In this document: one piece after another, positions 40,726-49,342 of the stretch
How positions within the stretch are numbered: position 1 is the stretch's first letter
Layout: each line of letters opens with the position of its first letter
Virus record (IMG/VR): IMGVR_UViG_3300031841_002149
Coordinates: 1-61,012 of that record
Reading direction: 5' to 3' (one strand)
Origin: a virus
Taxonomy: Duplodnaviria > Caudoviricetes
Length of the DNA: 61,012 bases
Position numbers and translations under genes: made by a program
The notes under the pieces: generated by a model
Database searches by the model: none
What the model was told of the DNA's origin: nothing
What the model saw: only the letters and a program-made list of their open reading frames with translations

Positions 40726-42008
40726 TCCCCCGTCCCGAAGCAGCAGTAAACGCCGGGTCTTCCGCGTCCACTTGGCTTGACTTTCTTCTCATGATACCAT
40801 TCCTGATCCTGTAGGTTCTCGATGATCCATCTCTTTGCTGTGGGGTAGTCCACGCTCAAGGCTTTCACGATGGCCTGAACCAATGCGCTTCTCTTGACCT
40901 CTTGCATCCAATACATATCCTTGATGAGTTTGAGGTTCTCGTCCATGACCTCACGGCGCATGGCGAGCGATTGATCTAGTATTGTCCTAAGAGTATCATC
41001 AAGCCTGATGATGAGAGGACCGCCACCGTGATACTCAGGCTTCATCATGGCGTAGCCGATGCACAACTTTCGGAACAGGTTGGCCTCAAAGCCCCTGACT
41101 TGAGGTTGGTCAAGCCATTCCGCCACGTCATCATCGAAGATAATCCCTGTCGGTGGGTTGGCGATGGCTTCTCTCATACGGTTGCGAATCCAATCTTTTA
41201 TCTCAATATTAAGGTTGGCTAACTCTAGTCTTTCGGCGGTTGTCATGTTGGATTGAGCGTGCTGCGCTTTCTTGTATAGTCTCTCCTTCTCAGGTGTCAT
41301 CTCTATGTCGATGATGAAGAACCTGCGGTCAAGCCCGGAGTCCAACTCAAACCGTGCGGGCTGTGTGCCAGCCCAACAGGTGTATCGTGTGGTGTATTGC
41401 ACCCACCCGGCACGCATGGCCTTCTGCACACGGCCATTGTCAAGGGATGTCAGTAGTTGGTTCTTCATGTCCATGCTGTGATCCTTCTTGGAAGCATCCG
41501 ACATACTGCTGAATTCCTCAAAGCCGAGGAAGCCACCGCACATCTCACGGGCGATGGGTCGCCCCATGATGTCGCCTTCTTCATTCACACTACCGAACAA
41601 ACCAGCCTCAGTGATGCTGTTCGGACCCATCATCGTGCGGAACCCTTCACCGAGATCCGAGTTGTTGCTGTGGATGAGTCCTGTCCCTTCAGCGAGGAAC
41701 ATTAGTATTAGGACTGATTTACCTGAACCCTTCGGGCCTCGCATCAGGATGTGAATGCGAGTGTCGGCCACCTGTGTCATCGGTGTATAGATTGGGATGT
41801 TGTCGTGCCTAAGCGGGCAGTTCTCTATGACGAAATCAGTTTCCTCATCGACCAACGGGCTGTCAGGATCGAAGTCACACCGGGAACACTTGTTGATGGC
41901 GTTGAAGATGTGGCCCCCTATGCTACACAGGAAGATGGGTACTTTGTCCTCTATGTCAACAAAGTGGTTTCTCTTTGCGAAGTCAATAGTTTTATCGAAA
42001 ATGTTCAT
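40722..42008 (-). CDS. MCM-like AAA+ helicase lacking the N-terminal domain
   Basis: HILMRGPKGSGKS, ITEAGLFGSV, GGFLGFEEF, LDNGRV and LDRRF motifs; C-terminal wHTH-like segment. Confidence 0.75.
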   Translation of the reverse strand: MNIFDKTIDFAKRNHFVDIEDKVPIFLCSIGGHIFNAINKCSRCDFDPDSPLVDEETDFVIENCPLRHDNIPIYTPMTQVADTRIHILMRGPKGSGKSVLILMFLAEGTGLIHSNNSDLGEGFRTMMGPNSITEAGLFGSVNEEGDIMGRPIAREMCGGFLGFEEFSSMSDASKKDHSMDMKNQLLTSLDNGRVQKAMRAGWVQYTTRYTCWAGTQPARFELDSGLDRRFFIIDIEMTPEKERLYKKAQHAQSNMTTAERLELANLNIEIKDWIRNRMREAIANPPTGIIFDDDVAEWLDQPQVRGFEANLFRKLCIGYAMMKPEYHGGGPLIIRLDDTLRTILDQSLAMRREVMDENLKLIKDMYWMQEVKRSALVQAIVKALSVDYPTAKRWIIENLQDQEWYHEKKVKPSGRGRPGVYCCFGTGE

Positions 42009-42793
42009 GCGTAGAAACCTCCATCGAGTAGTGTCTTCAAGTCAGCAGTCTCGCCCATATGCTCAACCTGCGTGATCATCTCGTATATCTCGCCTACCTT
42101 GGCGTGGTTGACTCCGAGCGCGTGAACATCGGATAAGAAGTTGATTAGCATATCTGAACCCCTCTCATTGACAAACACATTCTCGTCGTGCGAACAGATA
42201 GCGACCCAATTACCCTTAATAACATTGTGGTTAAAGTTCCCAAAGATGTTAGCGAACATCCAACAGGGCGGGGCTATCAACATATCTTCTTCTATGCGCG
42301 AGCCATCCGTCAGGTAAGCGTCTTCTTCCGGGTTCAGGTAGTCGAAGACAACGAGTTGGTCATCAGGAACGTAAGCCTGTTCTGCTGCCGGGTAGCCGCC
42401 CATGAGGTGAGATGTGAGATAGAGCGACTCATCCACACCGTAGGACGAGAGGTGCATGGTTATGTCCCTGAACACCGGGTAGTTGTAGAGCCATGCCTTT
42501 GTCATGTTTGCGCCGACGATGTATGTGTGGCTTAGTCTTAGGATGAAATAACGTCGCCCGTCATCGTTTCTGCGCTCGTACACACGCCATTCGGGGAAGG
42601 TTGGATCGGGGAAGGTGTTCATCGGATCGACTGAGTGCAACTTGCTGAAGATTTTTGCGACAGGTTCCTCGTCACCGATAAGTCCCATGCCAGCGACAAA
42701 CGAGGCAAAGCCCTGCTCGCCTTGATAGAACGTGATGAGCGTGGTAGGTTCATGCGTGGGTGTCTTTGTCCACACTATGTCTGTGTCTCCCAT
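42005..42793 (-). CDS. PAC2-family (proteasome assembly chaperone-like) protein
   Basis: N-terminal TLITFYQG..G.ASF.AG..LI and C-terminal NERGS..LI..L....ALGVN...V.E.Y..I patterns resemble the PAC2 fold. Divergent; recognised by eye. Confidence 0.4.
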   Translation of the reverse strand: MGDTDIVWTKTPTHEPTTLITFYQGEQGFASFVAGMGLIGDEEPVAKIFSKLHSVDPMNTFPDPTFPEWRVYERRNDDGRRYFILRLSHTYIVGANMTKAWLYNYPVFRDITMHLSSYGVDESLYLTSHLMGGYPAAEQAYVPDDQLVVFDYLNPEEDAYLTDGSRIEEDMLIAPPCWMFANIFGNFNHNVIKGNWVAICSHDENVFVNERGSDMLINFLSDVHALGVNHAKVGEIYEMITQVEHMGETADLKTLLDGGFYA

Positions 42794-42795
42794 GT

Positions 42796-43290
42796 TCACG
42801 ATTTCGATAGCAACACCTCCTTGCGAATCTCCTTGACAGTCTCCCAAAACGGATGCTCGCCTCTCGCTTGCCAATTCTTAGGGCAATCGGGGTAGGCTTT
42901 ATACACTTGCTCTCGGAAGAAGGACGGGAACTTTGCTAGGGGTCTACCGGAACATACTATTCTCTTTACAATATCCTCGATGGGTCGTGCGTGCCACACT
43001 GTCATCGCACAACTGCTTGTCGATACATCACTGTAGTATGTGACCTTGACCCTTTCCTCATCCGTGCCTTGGTAGAAGTAGTATGGGTTCTTAGTCATTA
43101 TACCCGTGATACTTTGCGAGGTCATGCCGTACCATATCCCTCTCCTGTGCCTACCTGAGTATGCCTTCCTGTTTAACAGGTGGTCGCGTATCTCGGACAT
43201 GGTAGCGGGACCGTTCTCCATGAGATAGTCCCAAACGTGCTGTATCGGTTGCTTGTTTCTCGCTTGGTGGTACTCACTTCTCTTGGTCAT
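42796..43290 (-). CDS. Winged-helix-like protein
   Basis: VWDYLMENGPATMSEIRDHL. The start at 43290 is 46 nt from an array motif. Confidence 0.55.
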   Translation of the reverse strand: MTKRSEYHQARNKQPIQHVWDYLMENGPATMSEIRDHLLNRKAYSGRHRRGIWYGMTSQSITGIMTKNPYYFYQGTDEERVKVTYYSDVSTSSCAMTVWHARPIEDIVKRIVCSGRPLAKFPSFFREQVYKAYPDCPKNWQARGEHPFWETVKEIRKEVLLSKS

Positions 43291-43344
43291 ATTACACCCT
43301 CGTTTTACCACGCTTATTAATTTTTATTTCTGTTTCGCAAGCGT

Positions 43345-43493
43345 CAAAAAAATAAAACGGGGTACTGCTCTCATATCGTTTATTTTTTTTATTTGTTCTT
43401 TAATGTTTTAGATTACTTACCTATTAACTAAAAACACTATACACGAAATAAAAGAATTAGCAAACAGGCTCGCAGCACCACGTTTATTTTTTT
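43345..43493. repeat. AT-rich inverted-repeat element A (origin-like)
   Basis: Arms CAAAAAAATAAAACGGGGTACTGC (43345-43368) and GCAGCACCACGTTTATTTTTTT (43472-43493). Homologous to element B at 57805-57969. Confidence 0.7.
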
Positions 43494-43499
43494 ATGGCA

Positions 43500-44303
43500 T
43501 TATTGAGACAATTGAAAATAATCCTCTCGCTCGATCTTGTTGCGTGGGTAGAACGGTATGTTGTTGGCCCTGCCCCTCGATGGGGATTCGATCTCAGTGC
43601 CGTCTATCCTTGCCTTTGCGTGTGTCACAGTATGAACTTGAGTCTCACTTAACCTGTCTATTTCCTCATACAACTCATCGGAGGGTATCAGGTGAATCCA
43701 TCCGTGTATGGTCATGGTTGCCAATGGTTGCACGAAACCCCTACCTACTTTCATCCTCAAAGTAAGATGAGTCTTTTGCTGATCGCATACGATCTCTATT
43801 ATACGAGAGTCTCTTTCAATACATATGGCGGGCCTCTTGTTCGGCCCCATGTCCACGGTCCTGAGATAAACACGATGAGGATAGTAATACTCAAACAACT
43901 CGTCGTGTATGGTCAAGAGGTATTCGCTGTTGGTCTGCCACGCGCCATCGTCTATGGCGTTGATCTCTTGGCCCACGGTCCACACAGGGATAGATAGACC
44001 CGGTGCGCTCTCGATGAAATCCTCGATCATACTCTTAAGGTCAAAGTGATCTAGGAAACGATTGAAGTCCACGAACTTGAATTCTGAGTCAATGGTCTTC
44101 AAGAACCTGAACAGCACCGACCTATCGTATATGTATAGGTGCAAGCCACCACAATCCATCTCGACTTCAGGTTGCTTTCTAACCTCGCCGTTTACCCTAC
44201 GGACGGGGCTTGCGTGTAGTATCTCTATCTCATCCAAATCTAGGATCAGGTAGTCATTCGTCGTTTGGTTTCTTTGCATCACTCTTGTCTCTAAGTCACT
44301 CAT
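43500..44303 (-). CDS. Hypothetical protein
   Basis: 267-aa ORF with no recognisable motif. Confidence 0.6.
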   Translation of the reverse strand: MSDLETRVMQRNQTTNDYLILDLDEIEILHASPVRRVNGEVRKQPEVEMDCGGLHLYIYDRSVLFRFLKTIDSEFKFVDFNRFLDHFDLKSMIEDFIESAPGLSIPVWTVGQEINAIDDGAWQTNSEYLLTIHDELFEYYYPHRVYLRTVDMGPNKRPAICIERDSRIIEIVCDQQKTHLTLRMKVGRGFVQPLATMTIHGWIHLIPSDELYEEIDRLSETQVHTVTHAKARIDGTEIESPSRGRANNIPFYPRNKIEREDYFQLSQ

Positions 44304-44478
44304 TCTTCTCGCCTCTTTCGTATCTTTCCCTTGAAACTTTGTTTGCCTTGCTCATCACCATTCTGAAGTCCTTCAAGACCTTCTGCGGTGTGTTGCGAGC
44401 GTATGAGCCAACGCTCATGTACTTTCTCATGCCGTCGATCAACTCCCTGTACTCGACGCACTTCTCGCACTCGCTCAT
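44296..44478 (-). CDS. Hypothetical protein
   Basis: ATGA-coupled; N-terminal CEKC. Confidence 0.55.
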   Translation of the reverse strand: MSECEKCVEYRELIDGMRKYMSVGSYARNTPQKVLKDFRMVMSKANKVSRERYERGEKNE

Positions 44479-44720
44479 ACCTCGGCCCCCTCATCATCTA
44501 GGTAGTAGGTGTTTACTCGGTATGAGTTGCTGATGGAGTATGCCGTGGCAAGTCGCTTCTTCACGTTGGTCATACCGCGTAGTATTATGCTAATATGACG
44601 TGCATCCTTGATGGCATTCTTCATCGTCACCTTATCGAATATCTGCTGTGCCGTCATCGGTTCGGAAGCGGCTCGCAGTACGTTGATTATTGCCGCTTTC
44701 TTTCTACTGTTTCTTACCAT
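44475..44720 (-). CDS. Winged-helix DNA-binding protein
   Basis: IINVLRAASEPMTAQQIFD. ATG is 46 nt from an array motif. Confidence 0.6.
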   Translation of the reverse strand: MVRNSRKKAAIINVLRAASEPMTAQQIFDKVTMKNAIKDARHISIILRGMTNVKKRLATAYSISNSYRVNTYYLDDEGAEV

Positions 44721-44757
44721 GTCCTAACCTCTTTCTGCTGATATATAAGGTGTTGTA

Positions 44758-45048
44758 TCATGCCTCACTAGCGTCCTGTCGCATGATTACGAGTAGTGGT
44801 ATGAGGTAGCCGAGCAAGTCCTTGATCGTGTCTTCCTCAGACTCAAAGGACATGTTGCCACGCGCCATCCTTGCGAGTTTGTCATCTATTCTCACACGGA
44901 TGAGCCGGGTGCGGTCATCCCCCTTGGCGAAGATGCCGATGGGATTCTGAAGGCTGTTGCCATATGACAGGTTCTTTTCCCGTAATAGTTCGACAACCTC
45001 ATTGGCGATCTCTTGGCAAGCGTCGATAAACTCTTTGTTCTCCTTCAT
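44758..45048 (-). CDS. DUF1599-like (nucleotide-modification-associated) protein
   Basis: KNLSYGNS...RIDDKLAR...EDTIKDLLGY signature. Confidence 0.7.
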   Translation of the reverse strand: MKENKEFIDACQEIANEVVELLREKNLSYGNSLQNPIGIFAKGDDRTRLIRVRIDDKLARMARGNMSFESEEDTIKDLLGYLIPLLVIMRQDASEA

Positions 45049-45194
45049 TCGTATTCCTCCCTAATATCCTCAACGATAACCAATGCTCTTTGTAACTCAA
45101 GTGTGTTTCCGTTTAATCCTTCTTGGATTGCCCAATGAATCCAATTCAATTTTTCTACCATAGGAAGAAGTTTAAGTTCGTCTTTCAATGTCAT
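45045..45194 (-). CDS. Hypothetical 49-aa protein
   Basis: Read by hand; ATGA overlaps at both ends. Confidence 0.55.
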   Translation of the reverse strand: MTLKDELKLLPMVEKLNWIHWAIQEGLNGNTLELQRALVIVEDIREEYE

Positions 45195-45490
45195 TCGTCA
45201 TCCCACTCCTTGTGTGCCGGTGGTATCAAGTCGTCGCCCATTTGCCAACCCTCGTATTCGTGGCCCTTGGGCAAGTTCTTGACTCTCTTGGATGCCATAT
45301 TCAGGATCACGGCCCGGACATTTTGTGCGGCGGTCCTTGCTCTCTTTAGTGCTATGAAGTCGTCTGCATCTCTAGGTGATCGGATGCCGGGTACACCGGA
45401 CTCCGCCCACTCCTGTATGTCCACCTTTCTCAAGATGTTCATGAGCAGTTCAAACTCCGCGTGCTTGACGTTGGTGAATCTGTCGGTCAT
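45191..45490 (-). CDS. Hypothetical protein
   Basis: ATGA-coupled start at 45490. Confidence 0.6.
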   Translation of the reverse strand: MTDRFTNVKHAEFELLMNILRKVDIQEWAESGVPGIRSPRDADDFIALKRARTAAQNVRAVILNMASKRVKNLPKGHEYEGWQMGDDLIPPAHKEWDDE

Positions 45491-45624
45491 TCGGGCCTCA
45501 CCAACCATCCATATTCGTCAGCGTATTCTGACCATCGTTCTTCATTCTCACCTAAGCCGGAGTAGCCTATCAAGAAAAATATTTGCGATCTTAGTTGTTC
45601 TATCGTTTTGTATTCGTCTTTCAT
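45487..45624 (-). CDS. Hypothetical 45-aa protein
   Basis: Read by hand; ATGA overlaps at both ends. Confidence 0.55.
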   Translation of the reverse strand: MKDEYKTIEQLRSQIFFLIGYSGLGENEERWSEYADEYGWLVRPE

Positions 45625-45881
45625 GCCGTCACCTCTTTCTCGACTATCGTGTAGTAGCCGGGGGGCGGGGTGAACAATGAATTCGTGTCGTCGCCTGTTG
45701 GCACGAATTTCACTGTCAGACCTGCTTCGTCTAACATTTTCGCATATTTCTGTTGTAGGAGTTCCATCCTTTCACCGATGCCCCTGCCCAAGTAAGGCTT
45801 GTTCCACTCCTGTTTAACGAAGGTGCGTATGTCCTCCATCTCGTCCGTCGGTATTGTTCTGTATGGTTGTTTGTCTGCCAT
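45621..45881 (-). CDS. Hypothetical protein
   Basis: ATG is 46 nt from an array motif. Confidence 0.65.
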   Translation of the reverse strand: MADKQPYRTIPTDEMEDIRTFVKQEWNKPYLGRGIGERMELLQQKYAKMLDEAGLTVKFVPTGDDTNSLFTPPPGYYTIVEKEVTA

Positions 45882-45905
45882 GTTCTGTCCTCTCGTCCTT
45901 AGTAT

Positions 45906-46091
45906 TTAGTCATTTGTATTCTGCTTCGCAAGCGTCGGTATGAGCATGGTGATGAATGCGACGTTGACGTATGAGAGAAACAGGTGCTTGATCTCAATGT
46001 TGGGCGATTGCGATACGCGCAGTAAGTAGTATATGGTCAGCGTTACCAAACTTACTATCACCATGAAAGTAGCGAGCCGGTACTGATTCAT
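45906..46091 (-). CDS. Small two-TM membrane protein
   Basis: ATGA-coupled start at 46091; two hydrophobic stretches. Confidence 0.55.
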   Translation of the reverse strand: MNQYRLATFMVIVSLVTLTIYYLLRVSQSPNIEIKHLFLSYVNVAFITMLIPTLAKQNTND

Positions 46092-46270
46092 TCCCCGAAC
46101 AACTCCTTGCGAAGCATTTGGAACTCGGATTGAGTTTGTTTTAGGGTGAAGATAGTTCCTGAACACATATGCACATGGGTATCGTCGTGCATCGGATCGA
46201 AGACCATCGCAGCAATACTCTCAGGGTTGAAGTAAGTTATGCCGCTCACGGTTCTGTATGGTCCCTTCAT
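46088..46270 (-). CDS. Hypothetical protein
   Basis: ATGA-coupled start at 46270; contains YFNPESIAAM. Confidence 0.55.
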   Translation of the reverse strand: MKGPYRTVSGITYFNPESIAAMVFDPMHDDTHVHMCSGTIFTLKQTQSEFQMLRKELFGE

Positions 46271-46425
46271 TCTGTCACCGCCATGTAGTCCCTGTCCTGT
46301 ATCATATCGAATCGCGCCATGATTACGTTTATGTTGCACTTGTCACAGCATCGTCCGGCTGCTACGGGCATTGCGTTGTTGCCGAGGCCGGAATAGTTTT
46401 TCCCGCAAAGTACGCACAGTGTCAT
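46267..46425 (-). CDS. 52-aa zinc-finger protein (CVLCG...GNNAMP...CCDKCN)
   Basis: Read by hand. CxxC...GNNxxP...CCDxCN pattern, ATGA overlaps at both ends. Confidence 0.7.
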   Translation of the reverse strand: MTLCVLCGKNYSGLGNNAMPVAAGRCCDKCNINVIMARFDMIQDRDYMAVTE

Positions 46426-46748
46426 ACAAACACCTTCTCGGTGCTGAATCCGTGTTCAGCGTTCCATACATGGTCGAACTCCTTGCAAGTATCAACGTCC
46501 CTGTCCATCATCCACTGATAGAATTCGGCAAAGTATTTTCTCTCCCACTCTTTCGTGGTCATCTCTCGGTCTTGGGCTTCAGCGTTGCCGACCCAATGTT
46601 CCTCAAGGTTCTTTGTGCTGTAGTATTCACCGTGACCGTTGGCCGTGTTGACCCCGTAGTACAGGATCGTGCCTGTGTCGGTCACAAGTTTTTCCTCAAT
46701 CTCAATCGTCTTTCCGTTGTGCTTGTTTACGTAGGTGCTGCCTATCAT
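46422..46748 (-). CDS. Hypothetical protein
   Basis: ATG is 46 nt from an array motif. Confidence 0.65.
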   Translation of the reverse strand: MIGSTYVNKHNGKTIEIEEKLVTDTGTILYYGVNTANGHGEYYSTKNLEEHWVGNAEAQDREMTTKEWERKYFAEFYQWMMDRDVDTCKEFDHVWNAEHGFSTEKVFV

Positions 46749-46784
46749 GTTATGTCCTCCACTACTATGTATTTAATCTTATGC

Positions 46785-47003
46785 TTATTGCTTCGCAAGC
46801 GTCCATTCTGCTTGGACGTTTCTCCCCTTGTTGATGTTGCGAACCCTCTTGTCCTGTGAGAGCAACGTGCCGATGGACGTTCTCATTGGCGTGATCTTCG
46901 GCCAATTGTCGTAGCAGTATTCGTAAATCTCGGAGGTGCTACACCCCTGATTACTTTTGACGTAATTGTAAAGTACGTCGGCCCACATTTTTCTGCCGCC
47001 CAT
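46785..47003 (-). CDS. Small winged-helix-like protein
   Basis: LYNYVKSNQGCSTSEIYEY...SIGTLLS; TGATG coupling. Confidence 0.55.
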   Translation of the reverse strand: MGGRKMWADVLYNYVKSNQGCSTSEIYEYCYDNWPKITPMRTSIGTLLSQDKRVRNINKGRNVQAEWTLAKQ

Positions 47004-47173
47004 CAAACCACGTCCTCGTCATCGAACTCCCATGAGCAATCGGTGTTTCCGTATTCCCCGCACTCGGTACAGTATATCTGAACATCGACATGGACGACAC
47101 GGCTACCTGCCATGCCCCAATCGGTCACTCGGTCAACCTCCCACTCATGGTCGCATACTTCTTCTTCGCTCAT
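47003..47173 (-). CDS. Acidic 56-aa zinc-binding protein
   Basis: Read by hand. CDH...CTEC; ATG is 47 nt from an array motif. Confidence 0.65.
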   Translation of the reverse strand: MSEEEVCDHEWEVDRVTDWGMAGSRVVHVDVQIYCTECGEYGNTDCSWEFDDEDVV

Positions 47174-47733
47174 ATTGTCATCTCCTTGACGCTAGTATTT
47201 AGTTTTATACCTTCTGCTACGCAAGCGTAAACAGGCTCGCCCCACCACCACGGCGGAGACACACCCTTCTCCCACTTAGCGAAGTCCTTGCTGTGGTAGT
47301 ATTGACGGTATGCGGTCACGGCATCTTCGTGCTTGTACTCGTCGGGCATGGCCTGTGCGAATGGCGTTGTCTTGCCCCTCGGTATGATCTCAAACATCTT
47401 TTTCATGTGCATGATCGGTTCTTCGCAAGCGTGCTTCTTGTGTTTATTAAAACGGTGAAAGTATTCCGCCAGCAATGTCTCGGCGTGTGACGCGAGCCAA
47501 AGGAAATTGTTTCTCGTATCTCCCGCCCAACGGGTGCAAGGGTGATGATGGTAGCCTCCCCGGTATCGGCTTTTTCCGTCCTTGCGAAACGGCATCATGT
47601 CGGGTGTGGCTCCGTGCCTGATGAGAGCCGAGGCCATCATCTGTGCCGACTCCACAATTAATTTAGGAATATGCTTGTCGCACATCATCTGTGCCGACTT
47701 CCACGGGGTCCGATCAAGCACAAAGATGTTCAT
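47170..47733 (-). CDS. Pyrimidine-dimer DNA glycosylase (T4 endonuclease V-like) family protein
   Basis: MNIFVLD...A...CDKH..K...ESAQM...HHPCTRW...AYRQYY...FAKW. Confidence 0.75.
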   Translation of the reverse strand: MNIFVLDRTPWKSAQMMCDKHIPKLIVESAQMMASALIRHGATPDMMPFRKDGKSRYRGGYHHHPCTRWAGDTRNNFLWLASHAETLLAEYFHRFNKHKKHACEEPIMHMKKMFEIIPRGKTTPFAQAMPDEYKHEDAVTAYRQYYHSKDFAKWEKGVSPPWWWGEPVYACVAEGIKLNTSVKEMTI

Positions 47734-47834
47734 TCTTCTTCATCCCCCTTCTTCTTGCGGTATAGTCCCGCATCGGCGTGCTTCTTTCGGGCTTTGAACT
47801 TTGTGTTGTATCTTGCTCGTATTGCTGGCTTCAT
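47730..47834 (-). CDS. Basic 34-aa peptide
   Basis: Read by hand; ATGA overlaps at both ends. Confidence 0.45.
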   Translation of the reverse strand: MKPAIRARYNTKFKARKKHADAGLYRKKKGDEEE

Positions 47835-47989
47835 TCTTCTTCACTCCTTTTGGCGTAATACTCATCGGTTGCTATGAATTCCGCTAGGGCTACGCAATCA
47901 TGATTGTTGTAGTGTTCAAACAATCTCTTATATGCTGCCGCTTTCTTTTCTAACACTTCTATGTAATACTCTTGTGTTGTTTGTGTCAT
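47831..47989 (-). CDS. Hypothetical 52-aa protein
   Basis: Read by hand; ATG is 46 nt from an array motif. Confidence 0.6.
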   Translation of the reverse strand: MTQTTQEYYIEVLEKKAAAYKRLFEHYNNHDCVALAEFIATDEYYAKRSEEE

Positions 47990-48043
47990 ATTTGTCCCTC
48001 TTGTCTCTAGTATTTAGTCGTGGTGTTTGTGTGTCGCAAGCGT

Positions 48044-48126
48044 GAAACTCTAGGTGGGCGGGGGCCGCCGCATTGAACACGACGACAGAAAACAAGGAGG
48101 CAAGCGACCCCCAACCCATGAGTTTC
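48044..48126 (-). other. Long intergenic stem-loop (candidate structured RNA or terminator)
   Basis: Nested pairings on the minus strand: GAAACTC/GAGTTTC, TGGG/CCCA, GGGGGTCGC/GCGGCCCCC. Confidence 0.5.
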
Positions 48127-48128
48127 TT

Positions 48129-49115
48129 TCACGCTAATAGTTCGATAGCCCCCTGCCATGCTCGGTCCTTCATCCTCATGCCTGTGCCTAGCAGGGACGA
48201 CTCGACGCGCTTCTCGTTGACCTTCTCTCCCTTTCGGTCATAGACCCAACCGTGGTCAAGGAATTCGGTAACAGTGTTGAATGATCCCCAAACAGTGCCG
48301 CCGATTCCGCCGGTTGTGTTTGTCTCGGATGCTTCCAACTCTAGGAGCCGGTCAAGTGTGTTTCTTCCGCGAGTCGTCAGGCCGTATGGATTTTCAACCT
48401 TGTCGATGAGTTCCTCATCGGTCTTCAGTCCAACCGCGTCGATGTAGTAGCCGATTCTGTCAGCGAGTTCAAGTTCAACCTTCATCATGTCCTCGGCGGT
48501 GTTTGCGAATGTCTCATTGAGATGGTCAACCACTTTCAAGGCTGCTCGCAACTCGCTTACTCTTTCGTTAATTTTACTGCTGTGCCTGATGGATAAGATC
48601 TTTGGATTGATCCCGGCCTTTCTGAGTAGGCTCTCAAGGTACGCAAATTGATTTGAGCAAGCGAGGCGGAAGTTCGCGGGTATGACCCTGACTCCACTTG
48701 AACCGTCGTGGCTGTTCATCAGGTAAACGTGCTGCTCGATGTCATCCCATCCGGCGATAGAGAAGCCTTCAGGCATCCTGAAGGATGCGACGATTTTGCG
48801 GCCTATGTCGATGTTTGCGATCCGGTCCCACTCGATGAGTCCCTCGCTAACCAATGAGTTTGCGATGCCTAGCGTGTCGCTGTTTTGATAGACGTGGTAT
48901 GTCTTGCCTACTTGACCGAGGGGCAGCCCTGTGTCATCTCGCACGGTGACGAAATGGCCGGGGTTGCCGACGAATCGGCCTTCGTGGTTCATGTACCCGG
49001 ATGGGTGCTTGCTCACGTTAAAATCCAATCCGGCATTTCGCAACACCTCTTGGGCAGTCGTTCCTTGGGCTTCTTCTCCGAGCAGCATATAACTGCTCAT
49101 TAGGTTTCGTGTCAT
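48129..49115 (-). CDS. DUF932/DUF945-family phage/plasmid protein
   Basis: AGLDF.V, VR.DT..PLG.VG..Y...QN, NSHDGS, R..CSN, RHS and GT.WG..N.VTE.LDH motifs. Start at 49115 from motif spacing. Confidence 0.85.
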   Translation of the reverse strand: MTRNLMSSYMLLGEEAQGTTAQEVLRNAGLDFNVSKHPSGYMNHEGRFVGNPGHFVTVRDDTGLPLGQVGKTYHVYQNSDTLGIANSLVSEGLIEWDRIANIDIGRKIVASFRMPEGFSIAGWDDIEQHVYLMNSHDGSSGVRVIPANFRLACSNQFAYLESLLRKAGINPKILSIRHSSKINERVSELRAALKVVDHLNETFANTAEDMMKVELELADRIGYYIDAVGLKTDEELIDKVENPYGLTTRGRNTLDRLLELEASETNTTGGIGGTVWGSFNTVTEFLDHGWVYDRKGEKVNEKRVESSLLGTGMRMKDRAWQGAIELLA

Positions 49116-49120
49116 GTTTC

Positions 49121-49288
49121 TCACTCCTTCCCCATTGTCTTTAAAGTTTGGGAATCTGATTCGCAAGCGTCATACTTCTTCAGTTCTTCGGCGGCCCACT
49201 CTCGGTCTTCTTGCTTCGTGCTGTCTCTTGCTATGATCGTAAGGGCGGCTTTATACCATCCCTTGCTCGGTGTTATGTCTACTGTCAT
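49121..49288 (-). CDS. Hypothetical 55-aa protein
   Basis: Read by hand; ATG is 47 nt from an array motif. Confidence 0.55.
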   Translation of the reverse strand: MTVDITPSKGWYKAALTIIARDSTKQEDREWAAEELKKYDACESDSQTLKTMGKE

Positions 49289-49342
49289 GTTTTTGTCTCC
49301 TTGTATTTTAGTGATAAAGTTATTTATTGTGCCTCACAAGCG

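Noticed and set aside
47424-47432. Extra CGCAAGCGT inside the glycosylase gene (and GGCAAGCGT near 44974)
   Set aside because: No TATA box and no ATG at 46-47 nt, so not counted as array units. They could be chance matches or operator-only sites.
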